Source: Octopus sinensis
Taxonomy: Eukaryota
Direction of reading: 5' to 3'
DNA length: 64,000 bases
NCBI RefSeq assembly: GCF_006345805.1
Contig: NC_042998.1
Location: 96,968,001 to 97,032,000, forward strand
Numbering within the stretch: position 1 is the stretch's first letter; the number at the start of each line of letters is the position of its first letter. Position numbers and translations under genes: made by a program. Below are positions 1 to 12,420 of the stretch, piece by piece. The notes beneath the pieces were generated by a model that made no database searches, was not told where the DNA came from, and saw only the letters and a list, made by a program, of their open reading frames with translations.

Positions 1-400
1 AAACCATGTTAAGAGACAGTGGAGCTTAGTGCAGTCCTCTGGCTTACCAGCTCTCATCAAGCCATCCAACCCATGCCAACATGATGATGGATGTTAAATG
101 ATGATGATGCTGATACACATACCCTCAGAATTCTTTCAGCTTCAACCTACCAAATCCACTCACAAGTCTTTTGTCAACCTGGGACTATAGTAGACAACAC
201 TTGCGCAAGGTAGAATGAGACTGAATGCAAAACCCTGTGGTTGCAAAGCAAGCTTCTTAACCACACAGCCATACCTGCCCCTATAGCTTGTCAAGTTTGT
301 TTTTCTCTTTTTTTAATACAAGAAAGGAGTTCAAAAGTTATAGAACACAAGAAATGAGAAGATAGATAAAAGGAATAAGGAATAGCATTAATGTAATTAC

Positions 401-574
401 CTCAAGACCAGCAAATGCTTCGGATTTTGCTATAAACAGATGTTCTCTTTCTAAAAGATCTCGGTAGTTTTCTGTAAGAGTTTGGTACTCTTTATTAGCC
501 TTTTCCAACTCTTCAGAAGATACGGAATCTTCCAGAGCCTTCTGCAAAGCATTTATCTTGAATGTGGAAGTGTA
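401..574 (-). CDS. CEP290: CEP290 coding exon 26
   Basis: YTSTFKINALQKALEDSVSSEELEKANKEYQTLTENYRDLLEREHLFIAKSEAFAGLE|gtaat. Confidence 0.93.
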
Positions 575-764
575 CTGTTTTAAAATAAAATAGAGATTCG
601 ACAATCACTGAAGAAGTAAATAAATTTATTATGAGGTTTGTTTCTTTCAAACATTAATTTCCCTAAAATCCTCCTCAAAGTGAAACTGTGTAGACAAATG
701 ATTAGAATGTTACATTCACAATTGTTAGGTCAGGGTTTCGATACATGGGCTGGGTGGTGCATTG

Positions 765-1200
765 TGTTCACCAGTCTGGAACCCCTATCTTGCTCAGGGC
801 ATTGACCTCCTATTAACTGTTCAGAGACATGCAGCCAAGTGAATACCCTCCATCAGGCATCTACCATATTCTGAGCAGCTTGCTTTCCTGAGCATAGATA
901 CATTGAAGCTCTAACATCTGGCAACTGACTTGGTAAACACCCACAAAATTATTAACCATCATGCCATAACTACCCTGAGCACCTTTTTGAGCTCCATGTG
1001 CCTAACACACATGGGTATGCCTACAAAGTCAGAAAACAGCACAGCTCTCATGAATTTCAGAAACATTTTTTCACACTCAGAGTTGCTGAAGCATAGAACA
1101 AACTACCTGCATCATTTGCTAATTGCCAAGACATTGCATCCTTTAAAACCTCTATGCTTCCTGAAATTCGCCCACACTACACCTGATATCCCCCCTCTAT
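765..1200 (+). mobile_element. CR1-type LINE 3' fragment (degenerate)
   Basis: Translates with stops and shifts as SPVWNPYL..IDLL..VQR.A.K.IPSIRHLPYSE.L, the typical CR1 ORF2 C-terminus. Confidence 0.75.
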
Positions 1201-1321
1201 AGACATGCACGCATGTATATCATGACTCATACACCGTTCAATTTCCTGACTTTTGTACATAATTTTATGTAATGTACATGCACCTTTGATGAGTTGTAGT
1301 GCACCTGAGCATGCATTATTA

Positions 1322-1770
1322 TCAACATCATCGTCATTTAACATCCGCTTTCCATGCTGGCATAGGCTCGACAGTTTGACTGAAGGCTGGTAAGCCAGAA
1401 GGCTGCACCTGGCTCCAATTTGATCTGGCAAGGTTTCTACAGCTGGATGCCCTTCCTAACGCCAACCACTCTGACAGTGTAGGGGGTGCTTTTTATGTGC
1501 TACTGGCACAAGGGCCAGTCAGGTGGTGCTGGCATCAACCACACTTGAATGGTGCTTTTTACGTGCCACCAACACAGGAGCCAGTCAAGTGACACTGGCA
1601 ACAATCATGCTCGAATGGTGCTTTTTATGTGCCATCAGCATAGGAACTAACCAGGTGGCACTGGCAACAACCATGCTCAAATGGTGCATTTTACATGCCA
1701 CTGGCATAGGACCAATCAGGCAGCACTAGCATTGACCACATTCAAATGGTTCTTTTTACGTGCCACCAGC
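1322..1770 (-). mobile_element. RTE LINE 3' tail copy with tandem-repeat block
   Basis: (CAT)n tail plus 'ctacagctggatgcccttcctaacgccaaccac', shared with the RTE at 23.1-25.9 kb. Confidence 0.85.
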
Positions 1771-2650
1771 TTTTCATGTTGCTCCAGTCCACTCTAGTGA
1801 GTAACCCTATGCCAGACCAGCATCATATTTCTAGAACATCATGACCTTGGTCACTTACATGTCATGGAAGCTGGGTATCTAACCTGATGAATTCTAAAGC
1901 TGAAGACAGAGCTAACTAACTAATTAGCTATATAAAATTAGGATACAATTTTAAATCCAGTTTTCACTAAAGAATAACATAAAAAATGTATAAGAAATAT
2001 CAATTTATCTCAAGATGGCCTAAAGATATTCTTTTAGAAACATGTAAATTTAACATGGAGCTAGGAATATTATTGAGTGTATAATATGTAAAGATAATGA
2101 TAAATGAAAAGTAATCTAAAATTAAGACAGTTGAAAAATATTATTTAAAACAAGCTAAAGCCTTTCACTTTTCCTACTTTTTATATTTTTATATATTGAT
2201 ATATTTTTGATGAATAATAAAAAGTTTGAGTGCATGTGCATGAGTGTGTATGTGTGAATGAGAGAGAAACAGTGAGAGACACACAGACAAACAGACAGAC
2301 ACACAAACAGACAGACACACAAACAGTGACAGACAGAGATACAGACATAGAGTGAAAGAGAGAATATCTTGCATGCATAACACATAAATATTTTTGCATA
2401 AATCATTTTAGCAGAGGACTCCATTAATATAAAAATAATTTCATGTTTAGCATAATGATATATTGCAATATGTAAAAGTATAAAACAAAAAAGGCGGAGT
2501 GGTATTTGAAGTTAAATACTGGCCACACATATCAAATTATATTAAAATGTATTTAAAAAATACCCACATATATTCCTAAAATATTTTTCAGGCATAAACC
2601 TGTGTTTCTAACAGTCCCACATATAAAATAATGCCTATGATGTTGCTATC

Positions 2651-2698
<48 letters not shown>

Positions 2699-2702
<4 letters not shown>

Positions 2703-3065
2703 AAATAAATGGAGTTGAACGCAGATGCTATTCAAATTTTTTTTACTTTCGACATATGTTTCGAAGACAACATTCATTTTATTCCAAAGGAATAAATGGT
2801 GTAAAATGCAATCTTCTCATCAGGAAAGAAAGAGAACCTATCTGAACAAGACATTATAACAATTTTAATGACTGCATCGTTTTGATGATGCAGTCATCAA
2901 AATTGTTATGTCTTGTTTTTTAGGTAGGTTCTCTTTCTTTCCTGATGAGAAGATTGCATTTTACACCATTTATTCCTTTGGAATAAAACCAATGTTATCT
3001 TCGAACCATATGTCGAAAGTAAAAGAATTTGAATAGCATCTGCATTCAACTCCATTTATTTACTT
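2699..3065. mobile_element. Head-to-head inverted PLE terminal-repeat pair (~180 bp arms, ~8 nt loop)
   Basis: 2699-2878 is a near-perfect reverse complement of 2887-3065; each arm carries a CTGATGA...CGAA hammerhead motif; abuts (TA)n. Confidence 0.85.
2746..2828 (-). ncRNA. Type I minimal hammerhead ribozyme motif
   Basis: ctttc-CUGAUGA-gaaga...ucuuc-GAAA-cauaug-UC-gaaag: stems I and II pair, core intact, GUC cleavage triplet, palindromic stem III (ACAUAUGU). Confidence 0.75.
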
Positions 3066-3216
3066 ATACTACACAAATTACTGCACATTAACCAGGAGTT
3101 TCTACCTTTGAATAGGTCACTACATACTTGTTACTTACGTGAATTTTGCTACCCTGGTAACTGTTTGTTGAATTTTCCATGTTAATGGTAAACAAAGGAT
3201 AATTCTTTCATCCATT

Positions 3217-3250
<34 letters not shown>

Positions 3251-3429
3251 ATATATATATACATACATATATGAGAAACTCAAGGCCTTGTTGCTTGCAT
3301 TAAGGACCAAGATAATTGGGGCCTTGCTATACAAAGGATCGAGACACTTGGCACTTTGCTGTACTCAAGAAAACCTGTCCTACACAGCATAAGTGTTAAG
3401 GCTTCTCTCACTTCTCACTGGTGAGGAGG

Positions 3430-4270
3430 ACCAGCCTGCATGACTCCTGCGCTGGTGCTATGTAAAAAGCACTTGTGCCAATGCCACATAAAAGATATCA
3501 TGTGATACCATGTTAAAAGCATCCAGCACACACTATAAAGTGGTTGGCATTACGAAGGACATCCAGCCATAGAAACCAAGCCAAATGAGACAGGAACGTG
3601 GTGCAGATCTCCAGTTTGCATGCTCCAGTCAAACTGTCCAACTCATGCCAGCATGGAAAACAGATGTTAAAGGATGATAATGATATATATATGTGTGTAT
3701 GCATGCGCGTGTGTATGTGTGTATATATATCATCATCATCGTTTAGCGTCCGCTTTCCATGCTAGCATGGGTTGGACGGTTCAACTGGGGTCTGGGAAGC
3801 CAGAAGGCTGCACCAGGCCCAGTTTGATCTGGCAATGTTTCTACGGCTGGATGCCCTTCCTAACGCCAACCACTCCATATCATCATCATCATCATCATTT
3901 AACATCTGTTGTCCATGATGGCATGGGTTGGAGAGTTTGACTGGGCTGGCATGCTGAAAGGCTATACCAGGCTCCAGTCTGATTTAGTATGCCTTTCTAC
4001 AGCTGGATACCCCTCCTAATGCCAACCATTCTAAGGGTATAATGGATGCTTTTATGTGCCACTGGCATGAGTGCCATTTGCATGACACTGGGGTGCATTT
4101 ACATACCACCAGCATGGGTGCCAATTTGTAGGACACCAGTTTCTGTCACGACTGCAATTTTGCTCAGCTTGATGGATCTTCTTTTCAAGCACGACATAAT
4201 GCCAAAGGTCTTGGTCATTGCCTCCATGAGGCCTAACACTCAAAAAGAACTCAGCCACTTTGCCTCCATC
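3430..4270. mobile_element. Cluster of three RTE 3' tail copies (+ at ~3430-3690; - at ~3725-3880 and ~3880-4270)
   Basis: Repeated 'ccatgct(a/g)gcatggg' and 'tggatgcccttcctaa' blocks with (ATG/CAT)n tails in both orientations. Confidence 0.8.
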
Positions 4271-4696
4271 AGGCCAATCTCAGGAAGGATGGAAAAGAAT
4301 ATAGTTAGTCTTAGTTGTCTCTTTGTCTTCTATTATAATTCCATTGAAATTTAGGAGGTTTTAGAGAAATGTTGGCTTTAAATTTTGGCACAAGGCCAGC
4401 AATTTCAGGGGAGGAGATAAGTTAGTTACATCAACCCCAGTACTCAAATGGTACTTATTTCCACTAACCCTAAAATGATGAAAGGCAAAGCTGACCCTGA
4501 GAGAATTTGAACAGTAGGAAGAATTACTTAATAAATAGATTAAGTATAAAGGAGTTTACTTAGTCAATGAATTATTGAATAACTTAATAAATAGCATATA
4601 ATAAATACAGAAGTGTTTAAAAAGAAAGATAAAAATCAAATATTTTATAAAATGCATAATTAAACCAAAATTAAAGTCAAAACCACTGTAATTAAC

Positions 4697-4777
4697 CTTA
4701 TGACGTTGTAAGTAACCAATTTTCTCAGTCACAGCTTTTTCCATTGAAATAGAATCGTTTCTCAGTTTTGATATTTC
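4697..4777 (-). CDS. CEP290: CEP290 coding exon 25
   Basis: EISKLRNDSISMEKAVTEKIGYLQRHK; matches EKIGCLQRFK. Confidence 0.93.
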
Positions 4778-5989
4778 CTGGAAAGGGAAAAGAAAATTTT
4801 TAAACATAAAAACTGGTGACTGAACCTACAAAATAACTACTTTGATAAATTACAGTAGCGATTCTGTCATATTACAACCGAATAGCTACAATATAACAGA
4901 AGTATTACTGAGAATAGTTACTGCTCTATTTGAAAATCTAAACAGTAGTTTCACATGTCAATCTAAGGCTAGTTCAGTTACACAAGATATGATGAGGAAA
5001 ATAGCTAATTCTATACAAATTGACAGGGCCAGTGTTCAGCTTAAATGTCCATAGTGTTAAATGGATAAGAAGTAAATCTCTTCTTAGATAAGCTACTAGT
5101 CATTAATTATAAATAAATTTTTCCCCGCAAATAGAACTTAATTTGGTACCCAACAAAGTAATTGCAAATTCTACAGTAGTTTTACTGCTTACAATGATGA
5201 ACTGTGCCCTCTACAATACCTATTTAGAGCAAAACATACTTAAAGCCATTAATAGTTAAACATCTTGGCCATGGACACAAATCACTAACTTTTCACATAT
5301 TTATACAATGTCCAAATACCTCAAATACCCACACTCAAGAGCATATAACAGATAATTATATTCTAAATAATATTCTATATTAATAACAATGATATTTTAT
5401 ATTTTCTTGTATTTCTTTTGCCTTGGTATTAAGAAAGGCATCCAGCTGTAGAAACCATACCACAATAAACAACTGGAGTCTGAATAGCTCCTCAGCTGGC
5501 AAGCTCCTGTCAAACCATCCAACCCATGCTAGCATGGAAAATGGACATTAAACGATGATGATGATGATTTTCATTTAGTATTTTTAGGTTCCATATTTTA
5601 GAGTAAGGAAAGTAAGTATAATGTAAATAAAAATTAAATCTTATAAACATTTTCTCAATGCCTTTTATTAATAACAGGTACTAGAAAAAGATTACAACAG
5701 CTTATTGGAGAAAATCAGAAAACTCCTTGGCCAATATGTTAATACTTGTGTAGATCAAAACCAAAGTTTTGTTTAAATACCTATTTTTTTTATTAGTAAA
5801 CAAGGTAGTAACAAATGTGTGTGTGTGTGTGTGCGCGCTGTAAATGGTCATCTGTTAAGTTCATGGCTGAGGCTGGAGCTAGGGATTAGGCTTCCAAGTT
5901 AGCAGGTGTATATTATATTGTTATCCTTTTCCCTCTAATAATATATCTATATCTATATATATATATATATATATACACACATCTTTTAA

Positions 5990-6270
5990 AAAAGAGGGTG
6001 AATGGAGTGTGATGGTATGGACATGTGTTGAGGAAGGATAATGATCATGTTCTGAGCAGAAAGCTTGAGTTTAGAGTGAATGAACCACAAAAGTGAGGTT
6101 GACCAAAGAAAACGTGGAGGGGACAGGTGGAGAAGGAGATTGGAAGGGTTGACTTGAGGAGGGAGGACGCCCAAAACCAAGCAAGATGGTGTGAAATCAG
6201 TTGCTGTAAGAATGAGGTAGATATGGCCACCCCCATGAACGGGGACAAACCTGGATTTAAAATATTGGAC
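5990..6270 (+). mobile_element. RTE-clade LINE 3' fragment (second family)
   Basis: WYGHVLRKDNDHV...G.PKKTW.GQVEKE motif of the RTE ORF C-terminus. Confidence 0.75.
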
Positions 6271-6523
6271 ATCGATCGAAAAGAAGCCCTATTAATAACA
6301 CAAACTCTATAGCACTGTATAGTTTTTTTCTATAATTGATTAACATTTTCCAGAAAGTATCAACAAAAGTCAGTTTTAGATAAAGGTATGGCCCTGAAGA
6401 CTGCAAATCTAATTGGCACTGCCTCTTCTTTCAGTAACTAAAAAAAAGTACATTCAGCTCATAAATAAATAACAAGTTCATTAAAATACAAAAAAATTAC
6501 ATTTTAGGAATCTCCACACAAAC

Positions 6524-6673
6524 CTTTCTAGCAGATTTTTCAATTTCTGACATAGTATGATAGCTACGAGTGAGTGCTTTCTCATTTACAGCTAACACAG
6601 TCATTCTCCGACTCTGTTCAGACAAACGTCTAGTAATTTCAGATTCATCGTGAGCTAAAGAATCCTGTAAGCG
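6524..6673 (-). CDS. CEP290: CEP290 coding exon 24
   Basis: RLQDSLAHDESEITRRLSEQSRRMTVLAVNEKALTRSYHTMSEIEKSARK; matches SRKITVLQVNEKSL. Confidence 0.92.
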
Positions 6674-7447
6674 CTGGAATTAGAAAATAGAATCCAAGTA
6701 CAGTAACAATAATATAAATAATAATACAAGTAATTTAACAATACAAGTAATTTATGTAAATAACATAGAAAATAAAACACACTCATATAAATGGAATAAG
6801 GTAGAATAACTGAACAATTAATAGCATAAGAAATTTTCACCATGGCAAGCTGCATGAAAATGTCCATTTACAAGTCAAATATTCCCCAAATATATTTGAA
6901 CCAATCTAAAATTTGTTTATTTTACATCACTGCTTTGAGTACCAGCTCTATATTTTGTTCCAGCCTGGTGGTTGATGCATGCAATTAGTAGATATCTACT
7001 GACTTCTTATAAGGAAGTGAAGTCTTTAGCTGTCTTCAGAGTTGTCTTAGAAATGCATGTACCAGTCCATGAGAGGCACTCTGAACTGACTTTGGTATTT
7101 TTAATACCTTTTGCCTAATGGGAGACTTTTTCTCCATGGCAAACCTCAGTGAAGATGCCTGTAATATAGGTCAAATATGTTCCAAACATTTGAACTAATC
7201 TAAAGTTTGTTTATTTTCCACCACAACCTCAAGTCCCACCCTTATAAGAAATTTTATAATAATATCTATGCTGCTTAACAGTGCTTTGAATTATGTAATT
7301 ATTCAAAAAAGTTAACACAAATTACAGTGCAAATTGACTGTGAAATTAATGGTTGGAATGGAGAGATGGAGTAAATATGCAAAAATGAAATAGGTAACTA
7401 ATTGTGGAATTAGATGAAGAAAGAGAACTAAACAATTAGGTAGAAAA

Positions 7448-7920
7448 TACATTATTTACATTCAACAGATATTTGTCCTTATCTTGTTTGTTGTTAACAC
7501 AACATTTCAGCTGATATACCCTCCAGCCTTCTTCAGGTGTCTTGGGGAAATTTCTAACCTGGGTTCTCATTCCTAAGGTATTTTTCGATGTTATTATTAT
7601 TATTATTATTGTTATTGTTCAGGTCTCTGCTTGGAATCGAACTCGGAATTTTGGGGTTAACCACTATGCCCATGGGCATATGGCATAGTGGTTAAGAGCA
7701 CGGGCTACTAACCCCAAGATTCCGAGTTCGATTCCAAGCAGTGACCTGAACGACAACAACAACAATAACAACAAAAACATCGAAAAATACCTTAGGAATG
7801 AGAACCCAGGCTAGAAATTTCCCCAAGACACCTGAAGAAGGTTGGAGGGTATATCAGCCGAAACGTTGTGTTAACAACAAACAAGATGAGGACAAATATC
7901 CGTCGAATGTAAATAATGTA
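7448..7920. mobile_element. Head-to-head inverted dimer of a tRNA-headed element with a PLE-type hammerhead tail
   Basis: 7448-7664 mirrors 7681-7920 around the palindrome tatgcccatgggcata (7665-7680). Right arm: A box TGGCATAGTGG (7681-7691), B box GTTCGATTCC (7726-7735), (AAC)n linker, CTGAAGA...CGAAACGTT. Confidence 0.8.
7828..7872 (+). ncRNA. Type I minimal hammerhead ribozyme motif
   Basis: acac-CUGAAGA-a-gguug...cagcc-GAAA-CGUU-gugu: stem I acac/gugu, palindromic stem III AACGUU, GUU triplet, one extra A before stem II. Confidence 0.6.
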
Positions 7921-8105
7921 CATAATTCTTCATCTCTTAAATATAGAACTGAAGGTAGAAAATAGATATGGCAATTTTTTTTTTTTTGCGTAATAAATTT
8001 AGTAGTAAAAGAGATATTTTTAAAACATATGGGCAATTATAGCAAATTACTAGTCAGGAAAGATTAACTTCAAAAGGCCAAAAGTAAACAAAACCAAAAT
8101 CTTAC

Positions 8106-8198
8106 ATCAAATTCCTGCAATTTGACAAGGTTCTGCTGATTTAAGTCTTCTAATTGATTTATTTTTTCTTTCAACGTTGTTACTTCAGTTTCATGTTC
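8106..8198 (-). CDS. CEP290: CEP290 coding exon 23
   Basis: EHETEVTTLKEKINQLEDLNQQNLVKLQEFD|gtaag; 93 nt. Confidence 0.87.
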
Positions 8199-9573
8199 CT
8201 AAGAAAAAATAACAGTGGAAGCAAATAAACTGTTGTGAGTGAAGGGATAAAATTTCAACAGAACTAAAACAGAGGTATGGCTGTGTGGTTGAGAAGTTTC
8301 AGGTTCAGTCCCACTATGCAGCATCTTGGGCAAGTGTCTTTTAATATAGCCCCAAGCCAACCAAAGCCTAGTGAGTAAATTTGGTAAATGGAAACAAAGA
8401 ACCCAGTTGTGTGTATGTATATACATGCGTATGTGTGTTCTCTTAATATCATGTGATAGTTGTAAATGAGCATCACCATTATACAAATGATATTGTTTGT
8501 TTTCACTCTTCCATGAAAAACACGTTTGACCATTGGAAATATTACCTTGCTTGGAAACAGGTAAGAGTTGGTGACAGGAAGGGCGTCCAACTGTAGAGAA
8601 ATCTGTCTGAACAAATTCTGTCTGACCCAAGCAAACATGGAAAAGTGAAAGCCAAATGATGGTAATGATGATGAGAGCTAATTTAAGCCAGAAAAGACTC
8701 TACAATAAGATAATACCATAACAGAGAATTTAAGACATAAAAAGATACTCTGACACTGCTATATTTTAATGAGAACTCCAAACATCAAATGAAGCTTGCT
8801 CATTTATGCTCTCCAAGTTAAAGTACTGAGCTCTTAATTAATTGGACCTTCAGAATTTTGAATTTATAATTATTTTTCTTTAAGTGATGTTCAATGAACT
8901 GAAGGCAGATATTTACTTTAAATGGTTTATGGTGTGTCATTGTGTGAGAAGATTATAGAAAACAGAAATTTTGGCAAGAATATAGTTCACTCACATGAAG
9001 AAGAAAAAGACAGGTTATATATATTTCTCTCTCTCTCTGCTGGTTTCAGTCTTTAAACTGAGGTCATGCTGGAGCATGATAATAATAGTGATCCCAACAC
9101 CAAGTTAGGTGCTTATTTCCCTATGCCTATTAGGTACGAAATGCAACGAAGTAACTGAAGTAAGGGGAGATAACTCATTCAGACATGCACAGTAGGGTAC
9201 TTCAGTTTCAATATACCAGTTCTCATCTTTCATTCGTGTAAATACACATGCGCACACGCTGCACATACATGTATGCATGCATGTTTGAATTCATGCATAT
9301 GTATGTATATATACACACACATAGTACAGGCTTCTACAGTTTCTGTTTTCTAAATTTCACTCACAAGGCATTAGTCAACACAAGGCTATGACATCTGACT
9401 AAAGTCACACAACAGAATAGAACCCAGAACTAAGCAGTTGCCAAGTGAGCTTCTTAACTACACAATCATGCCTGTGATTATTTTGAATTTTATATATATA
9501 GTGATGCTCCCAAGTATGATATTATTCAAAAAGTTCAGTAATTTGTTTCTTTTTATATATTGATTACCCTTTC

Positions 9574-9890
9574 ATCATCATCATCATTTAACGTCTGTTT
9601 TCCATGCTAACATGGGTTGGACGGTTCGACCAAGGCCTGCCAGACAGGAGGCTGCACCAGGCTCAAGTCTGATCTGGCAGTGTTTCTACAGCTGGATGCC
9701 CTTCCTAACGCCAACCACTCCGTGAGTGTAGTAGGAGCTTTTTATGTGCCACCAGCACAGGGGCCAGGGGAGGCTGGCAATGGCCACAATCGGTTGGTGC
9801 TTTTTACGTGCCACCAGCACAGAAGCCAGTCAAGGCGGTGCTGGCATCAGCCACGTTTGGATGATGCTTTTTACATGCCACCAGCACAGG
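9574..9890 (-). mobile_element. RTE LINE 3' tail copy
   Basis: Same 3' UTR block and (CAT)n tail as the 23.1 kb element. Confidence 0.85.
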
Positions 9891-10349
9891 TATCACAACT
9901 ACAATAAGCTAAAGTCACTCTTCAGAGATTTGGTGGAAAACATTTCCTGTTAAATCTGTAATATGCATATATTTTACTATAATGTCATTCACATATAATC
10001 CTCATCATCATCTTCTAATGTATATCTTCCAACATTGACACAGGATGGATGGTTACATAAGCTGCAGCAGGTTGAAGGATTGCATCAAGATCCAATTCTG
10101 CCTTTGCAGGGTTTCTAAAACTGAATGCTCTTCCTAATGCCAACCACTTTACAGAGTGTACTGGACGCTTTTATTTGTGCACCAGCACAAGTGGGGTCAC
10201 CATGTAACTCACAAGACTAAGATCCTCTTTGACTGAGTGAGACTATAGTAAAGCAAGAGAAGATTTATGCTAGGTTAATATATATTTTATGAAGGTATTG
10301 ATGTTTCATAAGTGACAATACAAGTTATAGAAAAATATTCTTTTCTACT

Positions 10350-10550
10350 CTAGGCATAAGGCCCGAAATTTGTTGGGAGGGTGCCAGTCAATTAGATCAA
10401 CCCCAGTATGCAACTAGTACTTAATTTATCAGCCCTGAAAGGATGAAAGGTAAAGTTGACCTCGGTGGAATTTGAACTCAGAACGTAGAGACAGACGAAA
10501 TACCGCTAAGCATTTCACCCAGCGTGCTAACGTTTCTGCCAGCTCCTCGC
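10350..10550 (-). mobile_element. tRNA-derived SINE family B (related copies at ~4385, ~17540, ~45548, ~58075, ~58650)
   Basis: On the minus strand: B box GAGTTCAAATTCC followed by a recurring 'cctttcatcc...gataaa...agtac' core. Confidence 0.8.
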
Positions 10551-10758
10551 CTTGTTATAGAAAAATATTAATAGATCTGGTTATTTTAAAATGCATAAAT
10601 TTATATTGTTTATAAAACTGGTCATTAAAGAAAAATTTTACCAAAATTATTAAAGTGGTTCACTATCTTATATTTTAATAGTGATTCTTAAGATCTAAAT
10701 ATAAAGAATTAGTGCTCATTTCATCTGATAATGTCTGAATCAAATGGTACCACATTAC

Positions 10759-10884
10759 CTGATTTGATTTGATATAGTCAGCGTAAAGCAGACCCAGTTG
10801 TTGTCTCACAACAGCAAATTTTCTGTGATAGGATTCCAAACTGCTCTCAGTCTGTTTTATTTGCTCTTGATGAATAAACAACTC
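10759..10884 (-). CDS. CEP290: CEP290 coding exon 22
   Basis: ELFIHQEQIKQTESSLESYHRKFAVVRQQLGLLYADYIKSNQ; matches YNRKFAVIRHQQSLLY. Confidence 0.93.
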
Positions 10885-11580
10885 CTGAAATATAATTAAT
10901 ACCGTAAAATAAGTTTATCCACATATGTTATATGTGTATATTTATACATGCACAAATAAGATTTTAATGGTGGTTACATCAGGGAACATCAAAATGGATA
11001 CACCAGTGTAAACAGAGACTATGTCCATAGTATAGGATATAAAGAAACTTGAAGAAGAGTGCACTCCTCAGTTTAGATAAGTGGTTAGTAAATTCAGGTA
11101 AACATCAAGAAAGATATAGAAAAGCTAGGAGTTAAGTGTGAATGAATCTTATCTAAGTGTAACTTGTAATTATGCTTATATAAAGACAACATAACTGAAA
11201 TCTATAACAGTAAAATTGGTTGTTTTTAAGTGATACCAATTGCAAGCCAGTAACTACCTCTAGCTAGAGCAGAGTGTCAGTCAGGCAATAGATAAAATGA
11301 GAAATAGTGTTAAGAGGTAAGGAACCAAGCTTGGAAGGAATAGAAACCAAAGGAGAGCATAGTAAAATATTTAGTGATAAAAAGAAAGTCGAGGTTACTT
11401 GGTGAGGAGAAATATAAAGTGTTCCAAATCACAAGACAGTGATTCATCATTATCATCATCATCATTTTAAAATTCAGTTTTCCATGCTTGCATAGGTGAG
11501 CTGGATGCTCTTCCTATTGCCAACCTTTACAAACATACACACACTCACACATACATACATATATATATATAACATATACA

Positions 11581-12420
11581 TCAGCATCATCATCATCATC
11601 TTTTAACATCCATTTTCGATACTGGCATGGATTGCATGGTTTGGACAGAGCTGGCAAGCTGGGAAGCTACACGAGGTTCCAGTCTGATTTGGCTTAGTTT
11701 CTATAGCTGGATGCCCTTCCTAATGCCAACCACTTTACAGTATGTGCTGAGTGCTTTTAATATGACACCAGCATGAGTGCTCTACTACATAGCACTGGTG
11801 CAAATGCTTTGTATGTGGCATCAGCACAAGTACTTTTTACATGATACTGGTACAGGACTCTTGCAGGCCAATCCTCTATGCCAGAGGGGTGTGGCCTTAA
11901 CACTTCTGCTGCGGAGGACGGGTCTTGAGTACAGCAAGGTGCCATATATCTCAGCCTTTTGTCATCTCCTCTGAAAGGTGCAATGTCTTCAGGATGTCCT
12001 TCAGTACTTCATCCTATGTTTTCTGGGTCTCCTTCTTCCACAAGTTTCATCCACTTTGAGTGAGTGGCACTTCAACTTCCATCTGCATCACATGACCATA
12101 CTAGCAGTCTTCTCTTGTGCACACTGCATCTAATTCCTCTTATACCTAACTTTTCTCTCAACACATTAGCACTCTGTTACACATGTACACTTACATTGCA
12201 TATCCAGCAGAGCATAATAACCTCATTCTTCTCTAGTCTTCACATGTCTTCTGAATTCAGGGCTCACATCTCACTACCATATAGAATTGCTGTTCATACA
12301 CATGCATCATACAATCTTCCTTTCACTTGGAGAGAGAAATGGTTGCCGACAAAGGCAAATGCTCTCTGAATTTTCTCCATCCTATTCTTATTCTAGATAT
12401 TACATTCTCTATACATGCTC
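11581..12420 (-). mobile_element. RTE LINE 3' portion (decayed ORF end plus UTR)
   Basis: 12000-12420 is similar to the RT C-terminus at 23.8-24.2 kb and is followed by the same tail. Confidence 0.8.

Noticed and set aside
7681-7750. Functional tRNA gene (also ~22178-22237, ~13800-13865, ~34960-35030)
   Set aside because: A/B boxes are present, but in the 7.7 kb copy the T-stem does not pair and no acceptor stem is evident. The others are similarly degenerate. Treated as SINE heads.
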